Notes: generated by a model not told the origin, from the sequence alone. A stretch of 64,000 nt of DNA from Lysobacterales bacterium (GCA_019510195.1 JAEKKW010000056.1:35309-99308); one strand, 5' to 3'. Numbered from the stretch's first letter, positions 8,924 through 18,831 are shown. Program-made: numbers and translations.

Positions 8924-8952
8924 TTACCAATCAGTTAAAAGCACGCTATAGT
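8924..8952 (+). promoter_or_regulatory. Candidate sigma70 promoter for the FadL-family gene
   Basis: TTACCA, 17 nt, TATAGT, about 45 nt upstream of ATG 8998. GGAG Shine-Dalgarno at 8988-8991. Confidence 0.3.
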
Positions 8953-8997
8953 CCGGCACATACCGTGCCGTACCGAACGCCCTTCCTGGAGATTTGC

Positions 8998-10392
8998 ATG
9001 CACACGTACACCCAGCGTCTTTCGATTCTTGCGATCGCCGTGATCGGCGCAGTTGCCGCCGGCCAGGCTGGCGCGTCCGGCTTCCAGCTGCGCGAGAACA
9101 GCGTCAAGAACATTGGCAAGGCCTATGCCGGTTCGACCGTCGCCACCGATGGTTCGTCGGTCTACAACAATCCGGCGGCGATGGTGAATGCCGGTGGCAA
9201 CCTGTTCCAGGCCGACGTGGCCGGAATCGACCTGACCGCCAAATTCAGTGGTTCGGGCAAGTATGCGACCGGCCTGCCGATCTCCGGCGGCAACGGTGGC
9301 GATCCGGGCGCCCTGACCGCGGTGCCGGCGATGTCGGCGATCTTCAAGATGAAGGGCTCGCTCGAAGGCCTGACCCTGGGCGTTGGCGTCGATGCGCCGT
9401 ACGGCCTCAAGACCGAGTACGAAAAGGGCTGGATTGGTCGTTACAACGCCACCACGTCCAGCGTGAAGACGGTTGACCTGACGCTTTCGGCTGCCGTGCA
9501 AATCACGCCGATGCTGAGCGCTGGCGTTGGCCTGATCTATGAACGCATCGACGTGACCCTGGGCAAGGACATTCCGTTCGGCACCATCCTGGCGGGCGTC
9601 AATCCGGCCCTGATCAATACGCCGGACGGCAACAGCACCCTCAAGGGCAAGGACAATGCCGTCGGTTTCATCGCCGGCGTGCAGATCAAGCCGAGCGACC
9701 GCTTCACCATTGGTTATGCGCACCGTTCGGCGATCCGTCACCACATTGACGGCAATGCCGACTTCACCACGCCGGCTGCCTTCCAGGGCTTGCAGCCGGG
9801 CTTCCGCGCGCTGGCCGCCAACGCGGCTTTGCCGGCTGCGCAGCGTGCACAGCTGGCGGCGCTCGGCAACGGTTTCGTCGATGCCAAGGGCCGCGCTTCG
9901 GTGTCGACGCCGTCCACCGATACGATCAGCGCCGACTGGAAGGTCAGCGATCGCGTCAACCTCTACGGTGAATTCCAGCGCACTGGCTGGAGCTCGCTGA
10001 AGAGCGTCGACATCACCTTCTCCAATCCGTACCAGCCGCAGAGCAGCGAAGCCTTCAACTGGAAGGATTCGAGCTTCGTCTCCGTGGGCGCCGACTTCAA
10101 GCTCAACGACAGCTTCACCCTGCGTGGCGGCGTCGGCTTCGACAAGACGCCGACCAACGATACCGACCGCACCCCGCGCCTGCCCGACAACGATCGCACC
10201 CTGATCTCGATCGGCGGCACCTGGAACGCGACCAAGGCGCTGTCGGTCGATGCCGGCTTCACCCGCGTCGAGATCAAGAGCCCGACTGTCAATCTTCCGG
10301 TCAACACGGCTGACGGTCGCTACAACTCGTTGCAGGGCAGCTTCAAGGGCCATGCCAACGTGTTCGGCATCGCCGCTTCGTACAAGTTCTGA
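8998..10392 (+). CDS. Outer-membrane transport protein, FadL/OmpP1/TodX family
   Basis: Track ORF 8965..10392, with the start at ATG 8998 (MHTYTQRLSILAIAVIGAVAAGQAGA signal). ASGFQLRENSVKNIGKAYAG N-terminal hatch motif, alternating beta-strand pattern, terminal Phe (SYKF). Confidence 0.85.
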   Translation: MHTYTQRLSILAIAVIGAVAAGQAGASGFQLRENSVKNIGKAYAGSTVATDGSSVYNNPAAMVNAGGNLFQADVAGIDLTAKFSGSGKYATGLPISGGNGGDPGALTAVPAMSAIFKMKGSLEGLTLGVGVDAPYGLKTEYEKGWIGRYNATTSSVKTVDLTLSAAVQITPMLSAGVGLIYERIDVTLGKDIPFGTILAGVNPALINTPDGNSTLKGKDNAVGFIAGVQIKPSDRFTIGYAHRSAIRHHIDGNADFTTPAAFQGLQPGFRALAANAALPAAQRAQLAALGNGFVDAKGRASVSTPSTDTISADWKVSDRVNLYGEFQRTGWSSLKSVDITFSNPYQPQSSEAFNWKDSSFVSVGADFKLNDSFTLRGGVGFDKTPTNDTDRTPRLPDNDRTLISIGGTWNATKALSVDAGFTRVEIKSPTVNLPVNTADGRYNSLQGSFKGHANVFGIAASYKF

Positions 10393-10411
10393 TCGCTGCA
10401 TCGAGCTGCAC

Positions 10412-10444
10412 AAAAAAGCCCCGCTTCGGCGGGGCTTTTCTTTG
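10412..10444. terminator. Bidirectional rho-independent terminator between the FadL-family gene and putA
   Basis: CAAAAAAGCCCCGC-TTCG-GCGGGGCTTTTCTTTG: a GC stem with a tetraloop, an A-run on one side and a T-run on the other, lying between convergent genes. Confidence 0.85.
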
Positions 10445-10466
10445 CTCGGACAACGGCCGGAACCGA

Positions 10467-13400
10467 TCAGTCGCCCAGCGTCAGCAGACTCGCATTGCCG
10501 CCCGATGCGGTGGTGTTCACCGTCACCGTCTTCTCGGTGGCGAAACGCGGCAAGTAGTGCGGGCCACCCGCCTTGGGACCGGTGCCCGACAGGCCCTGTC
10601 CACCAAACGGTTGCACGCCGACCACCGCGCCGATCTGGTTGCGGTTGACGTAGATGTTGCCGACGCGTGCGCGATTGACGATGCGGTCGATCGTCGCGTC
10701 GATGCGCGAATGCACGCCGAGGGTCAGGCCGAAACCCGTCGCGTTGATCGCGTCGACCACCTTGTCGAGGTCTTCGGCCTTCCAGCGCACCACGTGCAGC
10801 GCGGGGCCGAAGTTCTCGCGGGTGAGCTGGTCGATCGACTGCAACTCCCACGCGGTCGGTGCGAAGAACGTGCCGTGTTCAGTGCCCGGATCGAGCTTGG
10901 CCTGGGCGATCGGCTTGGCGACTTGCTGCATCTTCGTGGCGTGAGCATCGAGCAGCGCCTTGGCATCGGCATCGATCACCGGGCCGACGTCGGTCGAGAG
11001 CAGGCCGGGATCGCCGACCTTCAGTTCCGCCATCGCGCCGGCGAGCATCGTGATCACCTTGTCGGCGATGTCGTCCTGGACCAGCAGGATGCGCGCGGCC
11101 GAGCAGCGCTGGCCGGCCGAGGTGAAGGCCGACGCCAGCGCATCCTTCACCACCTGTTCCGGCAGTGAGGACGAATCGGCGATCAGCGCGTTCTGGCCAC
11201 CGGTTTCGGCGATCAGCACGGCGAGCGGACCGGCATCGCGGGTGGCGAGCGCGCGGTTGATCAAACGCGCGGTGTCGGTCGACCCGGTGAAGGCGACGCC
11301 GGCCACGCGCGGATCGCGGGTCAGCGCGGCACCGACGGTCGCGCCATCGCCCGGCAGGTATTGCAGCACCGCGGCGGGGACGCCGGCTTCGTGCAGGATC
11401 TTCACGGCGGCGTCGCCGATCAGGTTGGTCTGTTCGGCCGGCTTGGCGATCACCGAATTGCCCGCGGCGAGCGCGGCGGCAACCTGGCCGGTGAAGATGG
11501 CCAGCGGGAAGTTCCAGGGGCTGATGCAGACGAACACGCCGCGACCGGACAGCTGCAGCGTGTTGGATTCGCCGGTGGGACCGGGCAACGCTTCGACCAC
11601 GAACTGTTCGCGCGCCTGCAAGGCGTAATAGCGCAGGAAGTCGACGGCTTCGCGCACCTCGGCGACGCCGTCGGCCAGCGACTTGCCGGCTTCCCTGGTG
11701 CACATCGCCATCAACTGCGGCATCCGCGCTTCCATCAGGTCGGCGGCTTTTTCGAGGATCGCGGCGCGGGCATCGACCGGCGTCGCGTCCCATGCCGGCT
11801 GTGCATCGACGGCATTCTTCAGCGCCTGCGCGATGATCGCTTCATCGGCGGCGCGCCAGTGGCCGACCACTTCGCGGCGATCGGCCGGATTGGTCACTTC
11901 CTGTGCCGGGCCGCCCGTGCCCGCCCCCGGAACCTGCGGACCCGCGGTCCAGGTGCCGGCGCCGGCGTTGTCTAGTTGCGCGGCGAGCTGGCGCAGCTGG
12001 TCGTCGTTGGCGAGATTGATGCCCATGGAATTGTCTCGTGCCTGGTGTTGCGCGCGATAGAGCTGGCGTGGCAGCGGAATGCGCGGATGGGGGATGGAGT
12101 CGAAGCCGGCGACCACTTCGAGCGGATCGCGGATCAGGTCTTCGATCGCGATCGATTCGTCGGTGATGCGGTTGACGAAGCTGGAATTGGCGCCGTTCTC
12201 GAGCAGGCGGCGCACGAGGTAGGGCAGCAGGTCTTCGTGCGAACCGATCGGCGCGTAGACGCGGCAGGGCACGTCGAGGCGATCGGCCGGGATCACTTCG
12301 GCGTAGAGATCGTCGCCCATGCCATGCAGCTTCTGGAACTCGAACTTGCGCCGGCTATCTCCATAAGAGCCCGCCATCCGGTGCACTGCCGCGATCGTCT
12401 GCGCGTTGTGGGTCGCGAACATCGGATAGATGGCGTCGCCGGCATCGAGCAGTCGGCGCGCATTGGCCTGGTAGCTGACGTCGGTGTTCTGCTTGCGGGT
12501 GAACAGCGGGTAGCCGGCGAGGCCCTCCATCTGCGCGCGCTTGATCTCGCCGTCCCAATAGGCGCCTTTCACCAGGCGCACCGGAATGGTGCGGCCGAGT
12601 TCGCGGGCCTTCGACACGATGTAGTCGATCACGAACGGTGCGCGCTTCTGGTAGGCCTGGACCACGATGCCGAAGCCGTGCCAGCCGGCCAGTGACGCGT
12701 CCGCGAGCACCTGGAAGATCAGGTCCAGAGAGATCTCGAGGCGATCGGTTTCCTCGGCGTCGATGGTCATGCCGATGTTGTAGCGCTTGGCCTGCTGCGC
12801 CAGCGCCAGCAGGCGCGGGCCGAGTTCGGCCAGCACGCGTTCGCGCTTGGCGTGTTCGTAGCGCGGATGCAGCGCCGAGACCTTGACCGAAATCGACGGC
12901 GCGGAAATTTCGTCGCTGAACGGGCCGGTCGCCCCGATGGCGTCGATCGCCTTGCGGTAGGACTCGAAATAGCGGTCGGCGTCGGCCTGCGTCAGCGCGG
13001 CCTCGCCCAGCATGTCGAAGGAATAGCGGTAGTTGGCGAAGTCGCCCTTGCGCGAGCGCTCCAGTCCTTCCTGGATGGTGCGGCCGAGCACGAACTGGTG
13101 GCCCATGATCTTCATGGCCTGGCGCACGGCGCTGCGGATCACCGGCTCGCCGAACTTGCCGATCATGCGGCCGAGGGCACCGTACGCATCGCGCTGGGTG
13201 TCGTCGGCGAGATTGACCAGCTTGCCGGTCAGCATCAGGCCCCAGGTCGAGGCGTTGACCAGCAGCGAATCGGACTGGCCGAGATGGCGCTTCCAGTCGG
13301 CATCGCCCAGCTTGTCGCGGATCAATGCGTCGGCGGTGGCCTGGTCGGGGATGCGCAGCAGCGCTTCGGCCACGCACATCATCAGCACGCCTTCCTCGCT

Positions 13401-13640
13401 GCCGAGGTCGTACTGGCGCATGAAGGCTTCGACCACGCCCTGGTCGGCGGCGCGCGCGCGGACCCGGCGGACCAGATCGGCGGCGGTGGCCTGGATGGCT
13501 GCGCGGTCGGCATCGGGCTGGCGCGCCTGTGCCATCAGGTCGCGGACGTGGCTGGCCTCGTCGAGGATCCAGGCGTGGGTGATGGCGTCGCGCAGGGCGG
13601 TCGGCACGGGCGGGAGTTCCGGGGAAAGCAGCTCGGACAT
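10467..13640 (-). CDS. putA: Bifunctional proline dehydrogenase / L-glutamate-gamma-semialdehyde dehydrogenase
   Basis: Track ORF 10467..13679, with the likely start at MSELLSP (ATG 13640). It has a PRODH barrel region and an ALDH domain (FTGSTDTARLI, ETGGQNALIAD, SAGQRCSA). About 1057 aa, so no N-terminal RHH DNA-binding domain. Confidence 0.95.
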   Translation of the reverse strand: MSELLSPELPPVPTALRDAITHAWILDEASHVRDLMAQARQPDADRAAIQATAADLVRRVRARAADQGVVEAFMRQYDLGSEEGVLMMCVAEALLRIPDQATADALIRDKLGDADWKRHLGQSDSLLVNASTWGLMLTGKLVNLADDTQRDAYGALGRMIGKFGEPVIRSAVRQAMKIMGHQFVLGRTIQEGLERSRKGDFANYRYSFDMLGEAALTQADADRYFESYRKAIDAIGATGPFSDEISAPSISVKVSALHPRYEHAKRERVLAELGPRLLALAQQAKRYNIGMTIDAEETDRLEISLDLIFQVLADASLAGWHGFGIVVQAYQKRAPFVIDYIVSKARELGRTIPVRLVKGAYWDGEIKRAQMEGLAGYPLFTRKQNTDVSYQANARRLLDAGDAIYPMFATHNAQTIAAVHRMAGSYGDSRRKFEFQKLHGMGDDLYAEVIPADRLDVPCRVYAPIGSHEDLLPYLVRRLLENGANSSFVNRITDESIAIEDLIRDPLEVVAGFDSIPHPRIPLPRQLYRAQHQARDNSMGINLANDDQLRQLAAQLDNAGAGTWTAGPQVPGAGTGGPAQEVTNPADRREVVGHWRAADEAIIAQALKNAVDAQPAWDATPVDARAAILEKAADLMEARMPQLMAMCTREAGKSLADGVAEVREAVDFLRYYALQAREQFVVEALPGPTGESNTLQLSGRGVFVCISPWNFPLAIFTGQVAAALAAGNSVIAKPAEQTNLIGDAAVKILHEAGVPAAVLQYLPGDGATVGAALTRDPRVAGVAFTGSTDTARLINRALATRDAGPLAVLIAETGGQNALIADSSSLPEQVVKDALASAFTSAGQRCSAARILLVQDDIADKVITMLAGAMAELKVGDPGLLSTDVGPVIDADAKALLDAHATKMQQVAKPIAQAKLDPGTEHGTFFAPTAWELQSIDQLTRENFGPALHVVRWKAEDLDKVVDAINATGFGLTLGVHSRIDATIDRIVNRARVGNIYVNRNQIGAVVGVQPFGGQGLSGTGPKAGGPHYLPRFATEKTVTVNTTASGGNASLLTLGD

Positions 13641-13756
13641 GCTGGAAATTGACCGGGAATCGGGCCGAATGAGACGCACATTCTAAGGGCGCGGTGGCGT
13701 CGGGCGCCATGCGCCGCTAACATGGATGGGTTACGCCTGTTCCCTGGGGTTGAAGA

Positions 13757-14374
13757 ATGATGCAAACGCGTTGGTTGCGATTTGGGGCTGCGTTGGCAGC
13801 GTGCGTGCCGATGGCTGCGTGGGCGCAGGCGGCCGATCCGCATCGCTGGCAGCTGAACATGGGCAAGGGTGTGACCCCGATGGCCCACAACGCCTACAAC
13901 ACCCACATGTGGGGGCTGTGGATGTGCGTGGTGATCGGGGTCATCGTGTTCGGCGCGATGTTCTATGCCCTGTTCGCGTTCCGCAAATCGAAGGGCGCGG
14001 TGGCGGCGAAGTTCAGCCACAACACCCGCGCCGAGATCATCTGGACGGTGATCCCGATCATCATCCTGGTCGTCCTGACCATTCCGACCATCCGCAACCT
14101 GGTCTACGTCTACGACACCGGCAAGTCCGACATGACGGTTCGCGTCACCGGCTTCCAGTGGCCGGCCTTCGGCCTCAAGCAGGACGCCATCCCCGGCATC
14201 GTCAACGAAGCCTGGGTGAACATCGAGCAGCCGGGCATCTATCGCGGCCAGTGCGCCGAACTCTGCGGCAAGGACCATGGCTTCATGCCGATCGTGGTCA
14301 AAGCGGTGACGATGGAGGAATACAAGGCGTGGATCGCCGAACAGAAGGCCGCCAAGGCCGCCGCAGCGGGCTGA
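13757..14374 (+). CDS. coxB: Cytochrome c oxidase subunit II, abnormally short (internal in-frame deletion in the cupredoxin domain)
   Basis: Signal peptide + 2 TM helices + MTVRVTGFQW, then directly PAFGLKQDAIPG...CAELCGKDHGFMPIVV. The C-x3-C-x3-H-x2-M ligands are present, but the upstream His-containing H-x-W-W-V-P segment and most of the cupredoxin strands are absent. 205 aa. Confidence 0.85.
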   Translation: MMQTRWLRFGAALAACVPMAAWAQAADPHRWQLNMGKGVTPMAHNAYNTHMWGLWMCVVIGVIVFGAMFYALFAFRKSKGAVAAKFSHNTRAEIIWTVIPIIILVVLTIPTIRNLVYVYDTGKSDMTVRVTGFQWPAFGLKQDAIPGIVNEAWVNIEQPGIYRGQCAELCGKDHGFMPIVVKAVTMEEYKAWIAEQKAAKAAAAG

Positions 14375-14421
14375 GCGCGCACCGCGCGCCGCCCTGACCC
14401 AGATACAGCGAGGTTTCTCCC

Positions 14422-16056
14422 ATGTCCGCGACCCATCCCGCCGTTGACCATCACGACGATGCCCACCACGGGCACAAGCAGTCGTTCGTCGAGCGCTGGT
14501 TCTTCTCCACCAACCACAAGGACATCGGCACGCTGTACCTGCTGTTCGCCTTCGTGATGGCGATCATCGGCGCCGCATTGTCGGTCGGCATCCGCGCCGA
14601 GCTGATGCAGCCGGGCCTGCAGTACTTCAAGCCAGAGCAGTTCAACGAACTGACGACGATGCACGCGCTGGTGATGATCTTCGGCGCGATCATGCCCGCC
14701 TTCGTCGGCCTCGCCAACTGGATGATCCCGATGCAGATCGGCGCGCCCGACATGGCGATGCCGCGCATGAACAACTGGTCGTTCTGGATCATGCCGTTCG
14801 CCTTCACCCTGCTGCTGTCGACCTTCTTCATGAAGGGCGGCGCGCCGGCCGGCGGCTGGACGATGTATCCGCCGCTGATGCTGCAGGGCGGTGCCAACGT
14901 CGCGTTCACCGTGTTCGCGATCCACATGATGGGCATCAGCTCGATCATGGGCGCGATCAACATCATCGCTACCGTGCTCAACATGCGCGCGCCGGGCGTC
15001 GACCTGCTGAAGATGCCGATCTTCTGCTGGACCTGGCTGATCACCGCCTTCCTGCTGATCGCGGTGATGCCGGTGCTCGCCGGCGCGGTCACCATGCTGC
15101 TCACCGACCGCTTCTTCGGCACCAGCTTCTTCGACGCCGCCGGCGGCGGCGACCCGGTGATGTACCAGCACATCTTCTGGTTCTTCGGCCATCCCGAGGT
15201 CTACATCATGATCCTGCCGGCGTTCGGCGTGGTCAGCGAAGTGATCCCGACCTTCAGCCGCAAGCCGCTGTTCGGCTACCAGGCCATGGTGTACGCGACC
15301 GCCTCGATCGCCTTCCTCTCGTTCATCGTGTGGGCCCACCACATGTTCACCGTCGGCATGCCGCTGGGTGGCGAGATCTACTTCATGATGGCGACGATGC
15401 TGATTGCCATCCCCACTGGCGTGAAGGTGTTCAACTGGGTCAGCACGATGTGGAAGGGCTCGCTAAGCTTCGAAACCCCGATGCTGTGGGCCGTGGCCTT
15501 CGTCTTCCTGTTCACCATCGGCGGCTTCTCCGGCCTGATGCTGGCGCTGGTGCCGGCGGACTTCCAGTATCAGGACACCTACTTCGTGGTGGCGCACTTC
15601 CACTACGTGCTGGTGACCGGCGCGTTGTTCTCGATCATCTGCGCGATCTACTACTGGTGGCCGAAGTGGACCGGCCGCCTGTACAACATGAAGGCCGCGA
15701 ACTTCCACTTCTGGTGGACGGTGATCTTCGTCAACCTGTTGTTCTTCCCGCAGCACTTCCTCGGACTGGCCGGCATGCCGCGCCGCATTCCCGACTACAA
15801 CGTGGTGTTCGCCGACTGGAACCTGGTGAGCTCGATCGGCGCGTTCGGGATGTTCCTGACGCCGTTCATGATGTTCGCCATCCTTTACCACTCGAAGAAG
15901 CACGGCGCTCTCGCTCCGGCGCGTCCGTGGGAGGGCGCGCTCGGCCTGGAATGGACGCTGCCTTCGCCGGCACCGCACCACAGCTTCACCACGCCGCCGG
16001 TGATCAAGCTCGGCGACCTCGCGCATGGTGATCCCGAACACATGGATCATGACTGA
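14422..16056 (+). CDS. ctaD: Cytochrome c oxidase subunit I
   Basis: STNHKDIGTLYL, WFFGHPEVYI, VWAHHMF, HFHYV; 12 TM helices; full length. Confidence 0.97.
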   Translation: MSATHPAVDHHDDAHHGHKQSFVERWFFSTNHKDIGTLYLLFAFVMAIIGAALSVGIRAELMQPGLQYFKPEQFNELTTMHALVMIFGAIMPAFVGLANWMIPMQIGAPDMAMPRMNNWSFWIMPFAFTLLLSTFFMKGGAPAGGWTMYPPLMLQGGANVAFTVFAIHMMGISSIMGAINIIATVLNMRAPGVDLLKMPIFCWTWLITAFLLIAVMPVLAGAVTMLLTDRFFGTSFFDAAGGGDPVMYQHIFWFFGHPEVYIMILPAFGVVSEVIPTFSRKPLFGYQAMVYATASIAFLSFIVWAHHMFTVGMPLGGEIYFMMATMLIAIPTGVKVFNWVSTMWKGSLSFETPMLWAVAFVFLFTIGGFSGLMLALVPADFQYQDTYFVVAHFHYVLVTGALFSIICAIYYWWPKWTGRLYNMKAANFHFWWTVIFVNLLFFPQHFLGLAGMPRRIPDYNVVFADWNLVSSIGAFGMFLTPFMMFAILYHSKKHGALAPARPWEGALGLEWTLPSPAPHHSFTTPPVIKLGDLAHGDPEHMDHD

Positions 16057-16192
16057 GCGACTCGCCAGCACGGATCCGCAAGTCGCCGCGGCGCGCCATC
16101 GCGCCCGGCGCACGGCGTGGATGGTCGCCGCCGTCGCGCTGGCGATCTATCTGGCGTTCTTCGTGCTGGGAATGACCGGGCATGTCCGCTGA
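16049..16192 (+). CDS. Small single-TM protein between ctaD and ctaG (cytochrome oxidase small assembly protein-like)
   Basis: Below the ORF-track size cutoff. ATG 16049 overlaps the ctaD stop, and TGA 16190-16192 overlaps the ctaG start. Hand translation: [47 protein letters not shown] (47 aa, one TM helix). Both ends are translationally coupled. Confidence 0.55.
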   Translation: MTERLASTDPQVAAARHRARRTAWMVAAVALAIYLAFFVLGMTGHVR

Positions 16193-16769
16193 AGCCGCGC
16201 ACCATTCGACCCGTGGCGTCGGCAAGCTGGTGCTGGTGATCGCCGTCGCCTTCCTGGTGACGTTCTCGCTGGTGCCGTTCTATCGCATCGCCTGCGAGAA
16301 GGTGCTGGGCGTGCGCCTGGCGAAAGGCCCGAACGAAGCCGCCGCGATCGCCGCGGCACCGGCGGCGTCGCGCTGGATCACCGTGCAGTTCGACGGCCGG
16401 GTCAATTCCAGGTTGTCGTGGGATTTCGCGCCCAACCAGTTGCAGATGCGCGTGGAGACCGGCAAGCCGTATTCGGCGACGTATCGCGCCCACAACAACA
16501 GCAGCCATGTGGTGGTCGGCAACGCGGTGCCGTCGATCGCGCCGGCACAGGGTTCGAAGTATTTCGCCAAGACCGAATGTTTCTGCTTCACCGAGCAGAA
16601 GATGCAGCCGGGCGAAACGCGCGACATGCCGGTGCGCTTCGTGGTTGACCCCGCGCTGCCGTCCGACATCGATATGCTGACGCTGTCCTACACGTTCTAC
16701 CAGAATGACACCCTGACCGAGCGCGCACTCGCCGCCGGCGCAACAACGGCGGCTGCGGCCGCGCCCTGA
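16182..16769 (+). CDS. ctaG: Cytochrome c oxidase assembly protein CtaG/Cox11
   Basis: N-terminal TM anchor, VPFYRIACE, and a CFCF motif (TECFCFTEQ). Confidence 0.92.
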   Translation: MSAEAAHHSTRGVGKLVLVIAVAFLVTFSLVPFYRIACEKVLGVRLAKGPNEAAAIAAAPAASRWITVQFDGRVNSRLSWDFAPNQLQMRVETGKPYSATYRAHNNSSHVVVGNAVPSIAPAQGSKYFAKTECFCFTEQKMQPGETRDMPVRFVVDPALPSDIDMLTLSYTFYQNDTLTERALAAGATTAAAAAP

Positions 16770-16780
16770 CGAGAGAAACC

Positions 16781-17665
16781 ATGGCCAAGACGGACGCCCA
16801 CGCTCCCGACCACAACGTGTACTACGTGCCGCACAGCAGCCCATGGCCGGTGATCGCGTCGGTCGCGCTGTTCACCACCATGCTCGGTTTCGGCGGACTG
16901 CTGAACCATGACAGCTGGGGCAAGACGACCTTCATCGCCGGCCTGGTGTTCCTCGCCGCGATCCTGTTCAAGTGGTTCGCCGACGTCATCACCGAATCGG
17001 TGCGCGGCTACTACAACAAGCAGGTCGACACCTCGTTCCGCATGGGCATGGTGTGGTTCATCTTCTCCGAAGTGATGTTCTTCGCCGCGTTCTTCGGCGC
17101 ACTGTTCTATACCCGCCAGTTCGCCCTGCCGTGGCTGTCGGGCGAAGGCCACGGCGGCAGCACCAATGCGCTGCTGTGGGAAGGCTTCACCGGCGGCTGG
17201 CCGACCAATGGCCCGGCCACCATCGGCGGGACATTCAGCACCGTGCCGGCCTGGGGCCTGCCGTTGCTCAACACCCTGATCCTGCTGTCGTCCGGCGTCA
17301 CCATCACCATCGCCCACCACGCGCTGAAGGCCAACAAGCGCGGCACGCTGCTGTTCTTCCTCGGCTTCACCATCCTGCTCGTCTGCACGTTCCTGTTCTG
17401 CCAGGCCAGCGAGTACCGCGAGGCCTATCACGAACTGAACCTGACGCTGGCCTCCGGCATCTACGGCTCGACCTTCTTCATGCTCACCGGCTTCCACGGC
17501 CTGCACGTGACGCTCGGCACCTTCATGCTGATCGTGATCTGGCTGCGCTGCCTGAAGGGACATTTCAGTCCGCAGGACCACTTCGGCTTCGAGGCGGTGG
17601 CGTGGTACTGGCACTTCGTGGACGTGGTGTGGTTGATGCTGTTCCTGTTCGTGTACGTCCTCTGA
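16781..17665 (+). CDS. coxC: Cytochrome c oxidase subunit III
   Basis: SPWPV, FFMLTGFHGLHVTLG, WYWHFVDVVWL. Confidence 0.95.
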   Translation: MAKTDAHAPDHNVYYVPHSSPWPVIASVALFTTMLGFGGLLNHDSWGKTTFIAGLVFLAAILFKWFADVITESVRGYYNKQVDTSFRMGMVWFIFSEVMFFAAFFGALFYTRQFALPWLSGEGHGGSTNALLWEGFTGGWPTNGPATIGGTFSTVPAWGLPLLNTLILLSSGVTITIAHHALKANKRGTLLFFLGFTILLVCTFLFCQASEYREAYHELNLTLASGIYGSTFFMLTGFHGLHVTLGTFMLIVIWLRCLKGHFSPQDHFGFEAVAWYWHFVDVVWLMLFLFVYVL

Positions 17666-17699
17666 CGCACCGGAGCTCGCAGTCGCGTTGTTGCTGCGC

Positions 17700-17748
17700 C
17701 CTTGCGCGAATCCTCATTGACTGCAGGTCAACTCCGGTTCGCGCAAGG
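17700..17748. other. Nested palindrome / strong hairpin in the gap between convergent coxC and the DUF2909-like gene
   Basis: CCTTGCGCGAA (17700-17710) pairs perfectly with TTCGCGCAAGG (17738-17748). The 27-nt spacer contains the inner palindrome TTGAC-tgcag-GTCAA (17717-17731). There is no flanking U-run. Confidence 0.5.
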
Positions 17749-17829
17749 ACACGCGCCTAGCGGCTGCATCGCCCGATGCGCCAGAACCTTCGGGTGATGT
17801 TCCGCATCATTTGGTGATGCGTCAGGAAG

Positions 17830-18057
17830 TCAGCCCGGATTGCTTCCCACGCCGTGCGGCGTGATCCAGCCCATATAGATGGCAAGGATGATGAAGAGGA
17901 TCAGCGCGATGGACAGCGCGATGCGGCGCGTCAGCGCATTCACCGTGCGCTTCGACTGGCCGCGATCCGTCAGCATGTAATACAGGCCTTGGCCGAGGTT
18001 CCAGACGATCAGGATGAGTACGCCCACTATCAGCACGAGCTTCAGCGACGGATTCAT
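17830..18057 (-). CDS. Small two-TM membrane protein (DUF2909-like) associated with cox clusters
   Basis: This is the C-terminal 75 aa of track ORF 17830..18963, from ATG 18057: MNPSLKLVLIVGVLILIVWNLGQGLYYML...IALSIALILFIILAIYMGWI. The rest of the long ORF is antisense to surf1. Confidence 0.6.
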   Translation of the reverse strand: MNPSLKLVLIVGVLILIVWNLGQGLYYMLTDRGQSKRTVNALTRRIALSIALILFIILAIYMGWITPHGVGSNPG

Positions 18058-18114
18058 GGCGACGGCCTGTACGGTGACGATGCCGCGATTATCGCAGCTT
18101 GCGGGCAGGTTGCG

Positions 18115-18831
18115 ATGAAACGCCTGCGCTGGTGGCTGCTGGCGATCGTGGTGGCGGCGTTGTTCGGATCGCTGGGGGTCTGGCAGCTCGGGCGCGCGCA
18201 GCAGAAACGGGCGATGCTGGCCCAGGCGCAGTCGACCATCGCACAGCGCCATGCGCTCGCGCTGACTGCGGCCTCCGATCCGGCGCGGGTTTCCGATTAC
18301 GACTGGGCTGCCGGTTCCGGTCGTTTCCTGTCGTCCCCCGCAGTGTTGCTCGACAGCCAGGTCCACAACGGCCAGGTCGGCGTGCGCGCGTATCGTGCAT
18401 TCCTGCCGGATGGCGCAACGCAGCCGCTGCTGGTCGATCTCGGCTGGTTGCCGGTGCTTGATCGCCACCACATGCCGGCATTGCCGCCGCCGGAATTGCG
18501 CGAGGTGCGCGGCTTGCTGATGCCGCCGCCTTCGCACGGATTGATGGCGCCGGTCGCCACGCGTTTGCCCGATGGCGACGTGCTGGTGACGGCGACATCG
18601 GCGAAGGACCTGCCGGCCTTGCTCGGCCATGCGGTGCTGGCGCCGCGGGTGTTGCGCCTCGATCCCGGCATGCACGTCGGCGGCGAACGCGACCTCGACG
18701 TGCTGCCCAACACCATGCCGCCGGAACGCCATGTCGCCTACGCGGTGCAGTGGTTCGCGATGGCGGCCACCATCCTCATTCTCGCCCTCCTGTTGAATCG
18801 CCGTACGCGGCGTCGAGATGCCCATGTCTGA
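18115..18831 (+). CDS. SURF1 family cytochrome oxidase biogenesis protein
   Basis: Track ORF 17854..18831, with the start at ATG 18115 (MKRLRWWLLAIVVAALFGSLGVWQLGRAQQK). LVDLGWLP, HVAYAVQWFAMA, and a C-terminal TM helix. Confidence 0.85.
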   Translation: MKRLRWWLLAIVVAALFGSLGVWQLGRAQQKRAMLAQAQSTIAQRHALALTAASDPARVSDYDWAAGSGRFLSSPAVLLDSQVHNGQVGVRAYRAFLPDGATQPLLVDLGWLPVLDRHHMPALPPPELREVRGLLMPPPSHGLMAPVATRLPDGDVLVTATSAKDLPALLGHAVLAPRVLRLDPGMHVGGERDLDVLPNTMPPERHVAYAVQWFAMAATILILALLLNRRTRRRDAHV

